Shown here: positions 1 to 11,777 of the stretch, in pieces | How the letters are laid out: each line of letters starts with the position of its first letter | Numbering within the stretch: position 1 is the first letter of the stretch | NCBI RefSeq assembly: GCF_040882185.1 | Contig: NZ_JBBEBW010000001.1 | Span: 48,816 to 112,815, forward strand | Direction: 5' to 3' | Source: Marinobacter sp. | GTDB lineage: Bacteria; Pseudomonadota; Gammaproteobacteria; Pseudomonadales; Oleiphilaceae | Length of the DNA stretch: 64,000 nt | Program-made: the position numbers and the translations under genes | The notes under the pieces: generated by a model | What the model was told of the DNA's origin: nothing | The model's input: the letters and a program-made list of their open reading frames with translations, nothing else | The model's database searches: none

Positions 1-1470
<1,470 letters not shown>

Positions 1471-1513
1471 CTATTTTTGACCCACACCCCTTTTCGGAAA
1501 TCCCCTATATTTT

Positions 1514-2896
1514 ATGGATATACCTGCCATTCCAACCCGACCAGGTGCGTTAACAGTCAGCGAACTTAATCATCAGGTTCGTCATCTGCTGGAGGTCAGT
1601 TTTATGCAGGCCTGGGTTGTGGGGGAGCTTTCCAGCTTTTCCAGGCCAGGTTCGGGGCATTGGTACTTCACTCTGAAAGACGCCAAGTGCCAGGTGCGCT
1701 GCGCCATGTTTAAAGGCTTCAACCAGCGAATTCGGGGGATACCGAAAGAAGGTGATCAGGTACGCATACGGGGCAAAGTCAGCCTGTATGAAAACCGTGG
1801 CGATTATCAGATCATTGCAGAGCACATTGAGCCCGCGGGCCTTGGAGTATTGCAACAGGCTTTTGAGGAACTGAAATACAAGCTCCAGACGGAGGGGCTG
1901 TTTGATCCGGCCCGCAAGAAACCGGTCCCGACCCTGCCCCGGCATATTGGTGTGGTCACGTCTTCCACCGGTGCGGCTATCCACGATATTCTCACAGTGC
2001 TAGAGCGACGCTTCCCCTCGATACCGGTGACGGTTTACCCGACGGTGGTTCAGGGCGCCGCTGCGGCAGGAGAGATTGTCGTGGCGATTCGCCGGGCCGA
2101 ACAGCATGGCCGAGCAGACGTCCTCATCATCGGCCGGGGCGGTGGCTCACTGGAGGATCTGTGGTGTTTTAACGACGAGGCTGTAGCCCGCGCTATAGCC
2201 AACTGTCCCCTGCCCACCGTGAGCGCTGTCGGACACGAAGTAGACTTCACTATCGCTGACTTTGTAGCGGACTTCAGAGCCCCCACCCCCTCAGCCGCCG
2301 CAGAAAAGCTCTCACCAGACCAGCATGACTGGCTCCGTCATCTGGAGGGCCAGCAAGCTCGCCTGGCACAATCCCTGCAGACAACTCTCCGGCGCCTGGA
2401 AAACCAATTGGGACACCTCGGGGCGCGGTTACGAGACCCCCGCCGGGAACTGATGGAGAAAGCTCAGCGTCTTGATGAGTTGGATAGTCGCCTTGTAACC
2501 GTCACCCAAAACCGCCTGAGCCGTGAACGAGTCCGGCTCGATCACCTTCGTAACCGCCTTGCAATGCAGTCTCCTGGCCGCCAGCTCGGCCTTAATCAAA
2601 CCCGACTTGGCCAGGTATCGGATCAGCTTTTTAGTAGTATGGAACGCTTATTACTGCGGAAATCCGAGAGGCTGGGCCATCTCGGACAATCGCTGAATGT
2701 TGTGAGCCCGCTCGCGACCCTCGACCGTGGCTACGCTATCGTCCAGACGAGCAGCCAACCGGTGATCAGAAATGCAGCCGAACTGAAACCGGGTGACACA
2801 CTTACCGCCCGCCTCTCCCGGGGCTCCGTGGAGGCCACCGTCGTGCGTATTCACGTGGGCTCCACCGATCTCTCTCCAACGCAGAATCGAGATTAA
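1514..2896 (+). CDS. xseA: Exodeoxyribonuclease VII large subunit
   Basis: N-terminal OB fold (LTVSELN...WVVGELS...SGHWYFTLKD), IIGRGGGSLEDLWCFN, SAVGHEVDFTIADFVADFRAPTPSAAAE and a helical C-terminus ending in TLDRGYAIV. Confidence 0.96.
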   Translation: MDIPAIPTRPGALTVSELNHQVRHLLEVSFMQAWVVGELSSFSRPGSGHWYFTLKDAKCQVRCAMFKGFNQRIRGIPKEGDQVRIRGKVSLYENRGDYQIIAEHIEPAGLGVLQQAFEELKYKLQTEGLFDPARKKPVPTLPRHIGVVTSSTGAAIHDILTVLERRFPSIPVTVYPTVVQGAAAAGEIVVAIRRAEQHGRADVLIIGRGGGSLEDLWCFNDEAVARAIANCPLPTVSAVGHEVDFTIADFVADFRAPTPSAAAEKLSPDQHDWLRHLEGQQARLAQSLQTTLRRLENQLGHLGARLRDPRRELMEKAQRLDELDSRLVTVTQNRLSRERVRLDHLRNRLAMQSPGRQLGLNQTRLGQVSDQLFSSMERLLLRKSERLGHLGQSLNVVSPLATLDRGYAIVQTSSQPVIRNAAELKPGDTLTARLSRGSVEATVVRIHVGSTDLSPTQNRD

Positions 2897-3014
2897 TCTG
2901 CCATAGCCAGCTTATCGTTAGCCTTTGGTCTAGTACCCCTCACTGCCAAAGCGCCTAAAGTCTGGAGATGGCAGATAACAACGATAAAAAAGCATCCTTC
3001 AAGGAGGTGGAGTA

Positions 3015-4889
3015 ATGGGATATCACTCCGAATTCGACAGATCTATAAAGCAATCCGAAGATTTCTGGCGCGAACAGGCTGAACAGCTGGACTGGATAGA
3101 ATCGCCCTCTGTTATCTGGGAGGCAAAAGGGAATGGCCATGGGGACTGGTTCCCCGATGGCATTCTGAACACCTCTGATGTTGCTTTGGACGCCAATATC
3201 AGGGCTGGGCGGGGCGACCAGAAAGCACTGGTGTACGACTCCCCGGTGACCGGCGAAACCCGGTCACTGACTTATAAAGAACTTACTCATCAGGTAGCGC
3301 TTTTTGCTGGCGCTCTTCGGGATCGGGAAATCAAGAAAGGTGATCGGGTTATCATCTATATGCCCATGGTGCCTGAAGCCGTCATCGCCATGCTCGGCTG
3401 TGCCAGAATCGGTGCGGTGCATTCTGTGGTTTTTGGCGGGTTTGCTTCCCACGAGCTGGCAGTACGAATTGACGACGCCAAACCGAAAGTCATTGTGACG
3501 TCGTCCTGCGGTATCGAAGTACAGAAGGTTATTCCTTACAAGCCGTTGGTTGATAAGGCAATTGAGGAAGCCGACCACAAAATTGACTGCTGCATAGTGT
3601 TGCAGAGGCCTCAAGTGAAGGCTGAAATGACCTCCGGCCGGGATTTTGACTGGGAGGATCTGATAGCCAGCGCCACCCCTGCTGACCCAATACCGCTTAA
3701 ATCGACCGATCCGCTTTATATTCTTTATACCTCCGGCACCACTGGCAAGCCCAAAGGCGTGGTCCGAGATAACGGTGGTCACGCCGTTGCGCTTAAGTAC
3801 AGTATGTCTCTGGTATACGGTGCCAGCCCTGGCGACGTTTACTGGGCAGCTTCTGATGTAGGTTGGGTGGTCGGCCACAGTTATATTGTCTATGCACCGC
3901 TTTTTGCCGGTTGTACCACAATTCTCTACGAGGGGAAGCCTGTCAAAACGCCTGATGCGGGCGCCTTCTGGCGCGTGTGTCAGGAACACAAGGTCAACCT
4001 GTTGTTTACCGCACCCACGGCCTTTCGTGCCGTGCGCAAAGAAGACCCGGAAGCGGATCAGCTCAAGCGTTATGACATCAGCGCGCTGCGCCGTATATTT
4101 CTGGCCGGAGAACGATTGGACCCACCCACTTATGACTGGCTTCATGAGCATACTGGCCTGCCAATCATGGATCATTGGTGGCAGACGGAAACCGGCTGGG
4201 CAATCTGTTGCAATCCGGTGGGCATCGAAGCTCTGCCAGCGAAACCAGGCTCCGCCACAGTGCCCACGCCGGGCTTCAATGTAAAAATTGTCGACCAACA
4301 AGGTCGGTCGGTTCGTACCGGTGATCAGGGCCACGTGGTGGTGAAACTCCCCCTTCCTCCCGGATGCCTGACTACCGTCTGGGGCGACGATGCCCGATTC
4401 TGCAAGACTTACCTGGAGCCTGTTCCCGGCTATTACAGCTCCGGCGATGGCGGCTATGTCGACGAAGAAGGTTACGTCTTCATTATGGGTCGCACCGATG
4501 ACGTCATTAATGTGGCCGGGCATCGGCTGTCGACGGGAGAAATGGAAGAGGTGGTTGCGGCTCATCCGGCGGTAGCTGAATGCTGTGTCGTTGGAGCTCA
4601 CGACGAACTCAGGGGTCAGGTGCCGATTGGACTGGTACTCGTCAAAGATGGCGCAACCATATCCCAGGACGAGTTGGAAGAAGAGCTCATCGAGATGGTT
4701 CGGGACCGTATCGGAGCGGTTGCCTGCTTCCGCAGAGCGATCGTGGTGGAGCGTCTACCCAAAACCCGCTCCGGCAAAATACTGCGGCGGGTTATCCGGC
4801 AAATTGCCGATGGCGAAGAATACTCAGTGCCTTCTACCATTGATGACCCTGCGATTCTCGAGGAGATCAATCAGCACTTGAAACACTAA
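3015..4889 (+). CDS. prpE: Short-chain acyl-CoA synthetase, propionyl-CoA synthetase (PrpE)-like
   Basis: AMP-binding motifs YILYTSGTTGKPKG, DHWWQTETG and PKTRSGKILR; strong SD AAGGAGGT. Substrate (propionate versus acetate) is inferred. Confidence 0.8.
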   Translation: MGYHSEFDRSIKQSEDFWREQAEQLDWIESPSVIWEAKGNGHGDWFPDGILNTSDVALDANIRAGRGDQKALVYDSPVTGETRSLTYKELTHQVALFAGALRDREIKKGDRVIIYMPMVPEAVIAMLGCARIGAVHSVVFGGFASHELAVRIDDAKPKVIVTSSCGIEVQKVIPYKPLVDKAIEEADHKIDCCIVLQRPQVKAEMTSGRDFDWEDLIASATPADPIPLKSTDPLYILYTSGTTGKPKGVVRDNGGHAVALKYSMSLVYGASPGDVYWAASDVGWVVGHSYIVYAPLFAGCTTILYEGKPVKTPDAGAFWRVCQEHKVNLLFTAPTAFRAVRKEDPEADQLKRYDISALRRIFLAGERLDPPTYDWLHEHTGLPIMDHWWQTETGWAICCNPVGIEALPAKPGSATVPTPGFNVKIVDQQGRSVRTGDQGHVVVKLPLPPGCLTTVWGDDARFCKTYLEPVPGYYSSGDGGYVDEEGYVFIMGRTDDVINVAGHRLSTGEMEEVVAAHPAVAECCVVGAHDELRGQVPIGLVLVKDGATISQDELEEELIEMVRDRIGAVACFRRAIVVERLPKTRSGKILRRVIRQIADGEEYSVPSTIDDPAILEEINQHLKH

Positions 4890-5051
4890 CGGGGATGGGC
4901 TGCCGTAAAAAAACCGGCGGCCCGATCGATAACCAATCTACCCGAAGCCACCCCAACATACCGGCACGCTGGCCCCAGACATGATTTCACGAAAAAGGCA
5001 TCCAACCTAAAATTTCTTTTAAACCAGCACGTTACAATCTTAAAAAAACCG

Positions 5052-5079
5052 TTGACGAGTTGCTGACACGGTCTATACT
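5052..5079 (+). promoter_or_regulatory. Putative sigma70 promoter of the cold-shock gene
   Basis: TTGACG-16 nt-TATACT, preceded by an A/T-rich tract. Confidence 0.65.
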
Positions 5080-5085
5080 GAAATT

Positions 5086-5262
5086 GCTGTGAAAAGACAG
5101 CGGTATTCAGTGAAAGTGTCACAACGTCCTGCTTTTGTGCTCTTCGTTGCCCCTTCCTTGGTACTCCTTTCCATTTCTCAGCAAGCGTTGCTTCGGTCTT
5201 GTTTGTCCAAAGCAATCGAAGGTCCCGTGAGGGCAAAAATTTCGGAAATACAGGAAAGATCA
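5086..5262 (+). promoter_or_regulatory. Long (about 177 nt) 5' UTR, candidate cspA-type thermosensor leader
   Basis: Distance from the predicted promoter to the ATG. Long leaders are typical of cold-induced csp genes. The structure was not folded. Confidence 0.4.
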
Positions 5263-5472
5263 ATGTCTGATACTAAAACCGGCCACGTCAAGTGGTTCAA
5301 TGAGTCCAAAGGCTTTGGTTTCATCGCTCAGGACGGTGGCAGTGACGTTTTCGTTCACTACAGTGCAATCAATGCAAGCGGGTTCCGTACTCTGGCAGAA
5401 GGCCAGCAGGTACAGTTCACCGTCACGCAGGGCCCCAAAGGCCCCCAGGCGGAAAACGTAACCCCGGTCTGA
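5263..5472 (+). CDS. cspA: Cold-shock protein, CspA family (69 aa)
   Basis: [12 protein letters not shown] (RNP1) and VFVHYSAI (RNP2). Real start is the ATG at 5263 after AGGA, not 5089. The exact paralogue name is uncertain. Confidence 0.92.
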   Translation: MSDTKTGHVKWFNESKGFGFIAQDGGSDVFVHYSAINASGFRTLAEGQQVQFTVTQGPKGPQAENVTPV

Positions 5473-5515
5473 GGTTATGAATTCCGGCCATTGCCCCTCA
5501 CGGGCATTGGACAGT

Positions 5516-5545
5516 AAAAAGCCAGCCCTTGCGGCTGGCTTTTTT
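5516..5545. terminator. Bidirectional intrinsic terminator between csp and leuA
   Basis: AAAAA-GCCAGCC-cttgc-GGCTGGC-TTTTTT between convergent genes. Confidence 0.85.
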
Positions 5546-5557
5546 ATGACCTTTCAT

Positions 5558-7261
5558 TTATTTGACCGCTGCCTCATCCCTTCTGGCTCCAGCATTGCTG
5601 TCCGTCACGGCATTACCCACCTTCTGCGCTACTGCAGACAGTAAAGCCTGCAAGGTTCCGGACGTGGTGTCTTCTGCCAATGCCGCTGCACTACAGACCT
5701 CACCGTCTACCAGTACGCGAATACAGGCCAAAGCGTTAGCATTGGTACCCTCTCCGAGGGCGAACTCATCGTAGGCCTCTACCGCAAGCTTGATGCCGAA
5801 GCGATTTTCCAGAGCGGCCGCCAAAGCCTCCACGGCTCCCAGACCCCGGCCAGACAGCATTTGCTCCCGACCTTCTGAGCCAAAGCTAACCTTGGCCTGG
5901 ACACCGTCGGTGTCCCGGTGCAAATCATAGGTATTGAGCTGCCAAGGCGCATGAACCTTCAGATAGCGGTCTTCAAACAGACGATGAATGGTGAGTGAAT
6001 CAATTTCGCCACCTTCTGCCTCTGCTTCCCGCTGAACTACCTTGCTGAATTCGATCTGCAACCAGCGCGGCAGGCTGATGTTGTAATCACGCTCCAGCAC
6101 GTAAGCCACGCCACCTTTGCCTGATTGGCTGTTGATCCTGACCACTTCTTCATAGCGACGCCCCAGGTCTTTCGGGTCAATCGGCAAGTAAGCTACATGC
6201 CAGGGGTCGGAATCTTCGCGCAATGCCAGGCACTTGCGAATAGCATCCTGATGACTACCGGAGAAGGCCGTAAAAACCAGCTCGCCAGCATAGGGATGCC
6301 TCGGATGGGTCGCAATTTCCGTGCAAGCTTCGACCACATCGGTGATCTCCGCCATTCCGGAAAGGTCCAGCTGCGGGTCGATGCCCTGGGAATACAGATT
6401 CATCGCCATGGTGACCAGATCCATATTGCCAGTGCGCTCACCATTACCCATCAGCGTGCCTTCAACCCGGTCAGCGCCAGCCATAACAGCCAACTCCGCC
6501 GCCGCCACAGCACAACCACGGTCATTATGGGTATGCACGCTGATGCTGATATGTTCGCGGTATTTTACGTGGTCGCAAATCCATTCAATCTGATCAGCAA
6601 AGATATTGGGCGTGGCCATCTCCACGGTAGCGGGAAGATTGATAACCACCGGCTGACCCTGATCGGGTCGCCATACGTCATTGACCGCATCGATGACTTC
6701 CGCAGCAAAATCCAGCTCAGTACCGGTAAAGCTCTCAGGCGAATACTGGAACGTCCACTCGGTTTCAGGTCGTTTTGCGGCGTGGGCTTTGACAATTCTG
6801 GCACCATCCACCGCAATATCCCGGATGCCCGCACGGTCAAGATTGAACACCTGCTCTCGCTGCACCGTCGAGGTGGAATTGTAAACATGGACGATAGCTC
6901 GCTTCGCGCCCTCCAGCGCCAGGTAAGTACGTTCGATCAATTCGGGACGGGCCTGAGTGAGCACCTGGATGTGTACATCGTCAGGAATCCGGTTCTCTTC
7001 GATCAACTTGCGGCAAAAATCGAAGTCCGGCTGGCTGGCCGCCGGAAAACCAATCTCGATTTCCTTGAACCCGAGTTTGACCAGCAACTCGAACATGCGT
7101 TGTTTCTGAGCCACGCTCATGGGTTTGACCAACGCCTGATTGCCATCCCTCAGGTCGACGGCACACCATCTGGGCGCGCGCTTGATAACACGATCCGGCC
7201 AGCGGCGATTGGTTTTCGCGACAGGTGTGAACGGGACGTACTTATTATGATCAAACGCCAT
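5558..7261 (-). CDS. leuA: 2-isopropylmalate synthase (Pseudomonas/yeast-type)
   Basis: WCAVDLRDGNQAL, SVHTHNDRG, GNGERTGN, AFSGSHQDAI, VRINSQSGKGG. Start moved to MAFDHNKY at 7261, after a GAGGA SD. Confidence 0.93.
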   Translation of the reverse strand: MAFDHNKYVPFTPVAKTNRRWPDRVIKRAPRWCAVDLRDGNQALVKPMSVAQKQRMFELLVKLGFKEIEIGFPAASQPDFDFCRKLIEENRIPDDVHIQVLTQARPELIERTYLALEGAKRAIVHVYNSTSTVQREQVFNLDRAGIRDIAVDGARIVKAHAAKRPETEWTFQYSPESFTGTELDFAAEVIDAVNDVWRPDQGQPVVINLPATVEMATPNIFADQIEWICDHVKYREHISISVHTHNDRGCAVAAAELAVMAGADRVEGTLMGNGERTGNMDLVTMAMNLYSQGIDPQLDLSGMAEITDVVEACTEIATHPRHPYAGELVFTAFSGSHQDAIRKCLALREDSDPWHVAYLPIDPKDLGRRYEEVVRINSQSGKGGVAYVLERDYNISLPRWLQIEFSKVVQREAEAEGGEIDSLTIHRLFEDRYLKVHAPWQLNTYDLHRDTDGVQAKVSFGSEGREQMLSGRGLGAVEALAAALENRFGIKLAVEAYDEFALGEGTNANALACIRVLVDGEVCSAAALAEDTTSGTLQALLSAVAQKVGNAVTDSNAGARRDEAAVK

Positions 7262-7394
7262 GGTTGCTATCCTCAACTGATTCATTGACTTGGTACAGAT
7301 TACGCCACCCTGGCGAGATAATGATTGCTTTTTTGCGGACAATTTCTATATTTTTAGAATATTACATCACCCAATAGCAAAATCAGAGCATATA

Positions 7395-7892
7395 ATGGCT
7401 AAAAAACAGGATTCCCTACTCAAACTGGATCGAATTGACCGAAGTATTCTGGAGTTACTGCAACAGAATGCAGAACTGACGAATCAAGAAGTTGCGGACA
7501 AGGTTGGACTTTCACCTTCACCCTGCTTGCGGCGTGTACGGGCTCTGGAGCAGGCCGGAATCATCATCCGGCGGGTAACCATTCTGGATCATAAAAAACT
7601 CGGGCTGGCACTCACCGCAATTCTTCTGATAGGCATGGATCGTCACACGCCGGAACGCTTTGCCGCCTTCGAGTCCGAGGTGGCGAAGCTTCCCGAAGTC
7701 CAGGAGTGTTACATTATTACCGGACAAGACGCCGATTATATGCTCAAAGTCGTAGTGCCGGATATGGACCACTACCATCATTTATTGCTTAACCGAATCA
7801 CCCGAATTCAGGGCGTGAGCGGGGTGCATTCCAGCTTTGTGCTCAGACGTGTTATCGATAGCACGGCGTTGCCGCTGAACTACCTCTCCTGA
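7395..7892 (+). CDS. Lrp/AsnC-family transcriptional regulator
   Basis: LDRIDRSILELLQ...VGLSPSPCLRRVRALE HTH and a RAM domain (ECYIITGQDADYMLKV). Start ATG at 7395. Confidence 0.92.
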   Translation: MAKKQDSLLKLDRIDRSILELLQQNAELTNQEVADKVGLSPSPCLRRVRALEQAGIIIRRVTILDHKKLGLALTAILLIGMDRHTPERFAAFESEVAKLPEVQECYIITGQDADYMLKVVVPDMDHYHHLLLNRITRIQGVSGVHSSFVLRRVIDSTALPLNYLS

Positions 7893-8323
7893 GCCTGTTG
7901 ATTCGGAGCTCCCGGCAGGGCGTAACTTCCCGTCACATGGGCAACCAACACTTCTTCCCCCGGCGCTCCCGAAAGCAGGCGCACTTCACAGAAGGCCAAT
8001 CGGCGCCCCATTTTCAGCACGGTGGCCTCGGCAATGAGATCCATGGGTTGGGGCTTCTGCAGGAAGTTGATCGACAGGTTACTGGTCACCGCCATCTCAA
8101 CTTTCCCCAGGGTCGCCAGTATGGCCGCATACATTGCAGCGTCTGCCAGCGCCATCTGGGTCGGGCCGGAAAGTGTGCCGCCCGGACGGACCATCCGCTC
8201 TTGAAAAGGAACCTTGGCCCGTGCGTAGCCCGAACCGGCTTTTTCTATGGTAAAACCGATGTCTTTAGCCATCGGTACACCAGCGCATATCAGGGCCTGA
8301 ACCTCTTCCGCAGTCAAACTCAC
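7880..8323 (-). CDS. PaaI-family hotdog-fold thioesterase
   Basis: RPGGTLSGPTQMALADAAMY and VTSNLSINFL. GTG start at 8323 behind GGAG; the ORF-track extension to 8515 overlaps proS. Confidence 0.85.
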   Translation of the reverse strand: MSLTAEEVQALICAGVPMAKDIGFTIEKAGSGYARAKVPFQERMVRPGGTLSGPTQMALADAAMYAAILATLGKVEMAVTSNLSINFLQKPQPMDLIAEATVLKMGRRLAFCEVRLLSGAPGEEVLVAHVTGSYALPGAPNQQAQER

Positions 8324-8446
8324 AGGGGTTGCTCCATCGATCTGTACCTTGTGTGGCAGGCTCCGTACAATAACCGTCAGACACTTACAAATAAACCCTC
8401 GGGAGTTGTTCAAAGGCTCCTTCAATAACTTTTCACGGAAAACATA

Positions 8447-10180
8447 ATGCGAGCAAGCCGCTACCTGATTGCCACCCAAAAAGAGACGCCTGCCGACGCC
8501 GAGATTATCAGCCACCAGTTAATGTTGAGAGCTGGCATGATCCGAAAACTTGCCTCAGGCCTCTACTCCTGGCTGCCTCTGGGCCTGCGAGTGTTGCGCA
8601 AGGTTGAACGCATCGTGCGCGAGGAAATGGACCGCAGTGGCGCCCAGGAAGTATTAATGCCAGCAGTCCAGCCAGCAGAACTGTGGCAGGAATCCGGGCG
8701 CTGGGAACAGTATGGTGGTGAACTTTTGCGAATGCAGGACCGCCACGGACGTGACTTCTGCTTCGGCCCCACCCATGAGGAAGTCATCACCGACCTGGTT
8801 CGCAATGAGCTAAAAAGTTATAAAGAGCTGCCCGCAAATTTCTACCAGATTCAAACCAAGTTCCGGGATGAACGCAGACCTCGCTTCGGCATCATGCGCG
8901 CCCGGGAATTCCTGATGAAGGACGCCTACTCCTTTCACCTGAACGCGGAATCTCTTGAGGAAACCTATCAGGTCATGCACCGCACCTACTGTGCTATTTT
9001 TGATCGGCTCGGCCTGGATTACCGGCCGGTTCAGGCTGACTCCGGCGCCATTGGCGGTAATGCCTCCCATGAGTTCCATGTATTGGCCTCCTCTGGTGAG
9101 GACGCCATTGTGTTCAGCACAGACAGCGAATACGCCGCAAATATTGAAAAAGCGGAAGCCGTAGCACCGGCTGGCGAGCGCCCCGCCCCCTCCCAATCTA
9201 TGGCGGAAGTTTCGACACCCGGGCAACGGACCATCGAGGCGGTGTCTCAGTTTCTGAACCTGCCAGCGCACCAGAGCGTGAAAACACTGCTGGTGCATGG
9301 TGAGCCCGCGGAAGACGACAGCCAAGGGCTGGTGGCGCTGATTCTTCGGGGTGACCATAGCCTTAACGAGATCAAAGCAGAGAATCTGGACGGTGTCTCG
9401 GAACCACTGACCATGGCAACGGACGAAGAAATCAAGGCGGCCATCGGGTGTGCTCCCGGCTCGATCGGGCCGGTCGACCTGCCGGTACCTGTGATTGTCG
9501 ATCGCAGCGCTGCCCACCTTGCCGATTTTGTCTGCGGCGCCAACAAGGATGACTTCCACCTCACCGGTGTGAACTGGGAGCGGGATGTTGAGCTGACCCG
9601 GGTTGAAGATTTGAGAAACGTCGTTGAGGGTGATCCCAGCCCTGACGGCAAAGGGTTCCTCGAGATTCGCCGTGGCATCGAAGTCGGCCATATTTTCAAG
9701 CTGGGGAACAAATACAGTCGGGCGATGGGCGCCACCGTGCTCGATGAGAATGGCAAAACCGCCATTGTGGAAATGGGCTGTTACGGCGTAGGCGTATCCC
9801 GCATTGTCGCTGCCGCCATTGAGCAGAACTTTGATGACCGCGGCATCCTTTGGCCCGATGCCATTGCGCCTTTCGAAGTGGTGGTGGTCACCCTGAACGC
9901 TCACAAGTCGCCGGACGTGAAGGCAGCGGGAGAGAAACTTTATTCGGAGCTTACCCAGGCGGGCTTTGATGTGTTGTTGGATGATCGCAACGAGCGGCCG
10001 GGGGTCAAATTTGCGGATATGGAGCTGGTGGGCATTCCCCACCGAGTCGTGGTATCAGATCGAGGCGTGGCGGCAGGCACTCTGGAATACAAGGGGCGCA
10101 AGGACGCCGACAAACAGGATCTGCCGATCAAAGAGATCGTTCCTTTTCTGGTTAATGCTTCACCACGGCGCGACCATTAA
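8447..10180 (+). CDS. proS: Prolyl-tRNA synthetase with INS editing domain
   Basis: [61 protein letters not shown]. Confidence 0.98.
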   Translation: MRASRYLIATQKETPADAEIISHQLMLRAGMIRKLASGLYSWLPLGLRVLRKVERIVREEMDRSGAQEVLMPAVQPAELWQESGRWEQYGGELLRMQDRHGRDFCFGPTHEEVITDLVRNELKSYKELPANFYQIQTKFRDERRPRFGIMRAREFLMKDAYSFHLNAESLEETYQVMHRTYCAIFDRLGLDYRPVQADSGAIGGNASHEFHVLASSGEDAIVFSTDSEYAANIEKAEAVAPAGERPAPSQSMAEVSTPGQRTIEAVSQFLNLPAHQSVKTLLVHGEPAEDDSQGLVALILRGDHSLNEIKAENLDGVSEPLTMATDEEIKAAIGCAPGSIGPVDLPVPVIVDRSAAHLADFVCGANKDDFHLTGVNWERDVELTRVEDLRNVVEGDPSPDGKGFLEIRRGIEVGHIFKLGNKYSRAMGATVLDENGKTAIVEMGCYGVGVSRIVAAAIEQNFDDRGILWPDAIAPFEVVVVTLNAHKSPDVKAAGEKLYSELTQAGFDVLLDDRNERPGVKFADMELVGIPHRVVVSDRGVAAGTLEYKGRKDADKQDLPIKEIVPFLVNASPRRDH

Positions 10181-10209
10181 ACCGGCCCTTTGAACAAGCC
10201 TCAGCCGGG

Positions 10210-10241
10210 AGGCACTCTGGAAGAGCGATTTCAGAGTGCCT
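10210..10241. terminator. Stem-loop between convergent proS and murB (no U-tract)
   Basis: AGGCACTCTG...CAGAGTGCCT, a perfect 10-bp inverted repeat extendable to 13 bp. Confidence 0.45.
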
Positions 10242-10247
10242 GATTGA

Positions 10248-11282
10248 TCAGCCCGAAATGATTCGAGGTTCAATTTCGAGTTCAACACCAAACACGTCCG
10301 CAACATCAGCCCTGATGCGCCCTGCCAACGCCAGAATATCCTTGCCTGTGCCATTGGAATGATTGATCAGCACCAGCGCCTGGTGGTTATGCACCCCAAC
10401 TTTATTGTTGCGGTAGCCTTTCCAGCCACACTGATCAATCAACCAGGCCGCAGCCAATTTTACACTGGAGTCACCGGGGTACGCGGCAATGTCGGGGAAT
10501 TTCGCCTTCAATTGTTCCCATTCCGCCATAGAGACGACGGGGTTTTTAAAGAAACTGCCAACATTGGGAATCTGCTCCGGGTCCGGAAGCTTTCGTCGAC
10601 GTACCGCCATAACGCCTTCCGCTACATCTAAAGGTGTCAAAGCAGCCTTATCGGGGAGATCGGAAAAATACTGCATCAGGTCTCCGTAGCCCAGCGACAA
10701 AGGCAGGGTACGAGACAGACGTAATTTTATCTGGACGATAAGATAGCGCCTGGGCAGTCGTTTGAACAGACTATCCCGGTAGGCAAACTGACAGGCAGCG
10801 TTATCGAGAATGATCATTTTTTGCTGCTCGCAATCCCAGGCCTTAACGCTCACCAGGGTATCTTTCAACTCTACCCCGTAAGCGCCAATATTCTGTACTG
10901 GTGCGGCTCCGCAGGTTCCCGGAATGAGTGCCAGGTTTTCGATACCTCGATATCCTGAACCAGCAACGTAGAGCACCACATCGTGCCAGTGCTCACCTGC
11001 CCCCAGGACCAGGGTTGCGCCGTCCTCCGAAACATTTTCCCATTGCCGCCCCTTGATTGCCAGGTGAATTACCAGACCGTCAAAATCCGCCACCAGTACG
11101 AGATTACTTCCACCACCGACAATCAGAGTTTCCAGGCCCTGTGCGTCCGCCCAGTTCAACGCTTTTACCAATGCCTGCTCATCAGTTACTTCGGCAAAAA
11201 ACCGGGCCGTCGAGGGTAACCGTAGGGTATTCATTGATTTCAGAGCTATCTCTTTGCCGAGATTGCTTGGCGGATCAATCAA
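10248..11282 (-). CDS. murB: UDP-N-acetylenolpyruvoylglucosamine reductase
   Basis: GGGSNL, ENLALIPGTCGAAPVQNIGAYGVE, GSFFKNP, LEIEPRI. Start uncertain; TTG at 11282 overlapping the upstream stop is assumed. Confidence 0.93.
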   Translation of the reverse strand: MIDPPSNLGKEIALKSMNTLRLPSTARFFAEVTDEQALVKALNWADAQGLETLIVGGGSNLVLVADFDGLVIHLAIKGRQWENVSEDGATLVLGAGEHWHDVVLYVAGSGYRGIENLALIPGTCGAAPVQNIGAYGVELKDTLVSVKAWDCEQQKMIILDNAACQFAYRDSLFKRLPRRYLIVQIKLRLSRTLPLSLGYGDLMQYFSDLPDKAALTPLDVAEGVMAVRRRKLPDPEQIPNVGSFFKNPVVSMAEWEQLKAKFPDIAAYPGDSSVKLAAAWLIDQCGWKGYRNNKVGVHNHQALVLINHSNGTGKDILALAGRIRADVADVFGVELEIEPRIISG

Positions 11283-11757
11283 AATGTTTACCCCGAATCG
11301 CGGCAAGCAAACCTTCACTTGCGGCTTCGATCAGGTTCAACACATGCTCGAACCCATCGTCGCCGCCGTAATAGGGATCCGGGACTTCTTCCTCGATCAC
11401 GTTCCGGGCGTAAGCCAAAAATAGCTCAGGCTCAACTCCACCGGTTTGATTTTGAATCGCTCTCAGATGAGCAAGATTGTTGTAGTCCATTGCCAGCACG
11501 TAGTCGAACGTTGACAGATCCTCGGCTATCACCTGCCGGGCTTTCAAACCTTTGATATCAATACTTCGTGACCAGGAGGCGGCAATTGCTCTGGAGTCCG
11601 GGGCCTTTCCGACATGCCAGTCACCGGTCCCGCATGAGTCGATCTGAATGCGCTCGCCCAGGCCCGAATCCACCACAAGTTTTCGGAAAACGCCCTCCGC
11701 CGTCGGCGAACGGCAAATATTTCCCATGCAAACAAACAGAACCTTTACAGGGTCCAT
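11275..11757 (-). CDS. Low-molecular-weight protein-tyrosine phosphatase
   Basis: VLFVCMGNICRSPTAE P-loop and DPYYG. Alternative start at 11778, coupled to the kdsB stop. Confidence 0.92.
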   Translation of the reverse strand: MDPVKVLFVCMGNICRSPTAEGVFRKLVVDSGLGERIQIDSCGTGDWHVGKAPDSRAIAASWSRSIDIKGLKARQVIAEDLSTFDYVLAMDYNNLAHLRAIQNQTGGVEPELFLAYARNVIEEEVPDPYYGGDDGFEHVLNLIEAASEGLLAAIRGKHFD

Positions 11758-11777
11758 AAAATCCAGTGCTCCAACCA

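Noticed and set aside
3264-4601. 445-aa minus-strand ORF
   Set aside because: Antisense shadow of the acyl-CoA synthetase; no motifs.
4907-4924. AAAAAAACCGGCGGCC, resembling one arm of a terminator
   Set aside because: No matching arm nearby. It could be another deletion scar, but the evidence is too thin.
5089-5262. N-terminal extension of the csp ORF in the track
   Set aside because: It lies in the predicted 5' UTR. The cold-shock domain and SD start at 5263.
6125-7288. 387-aa plus-strand ORF
   Set aside because: Antisense shadow of leuA.
8810-10042. 410-aa minus-strand ORF
   Set aside because: Antisense shadow of proS.
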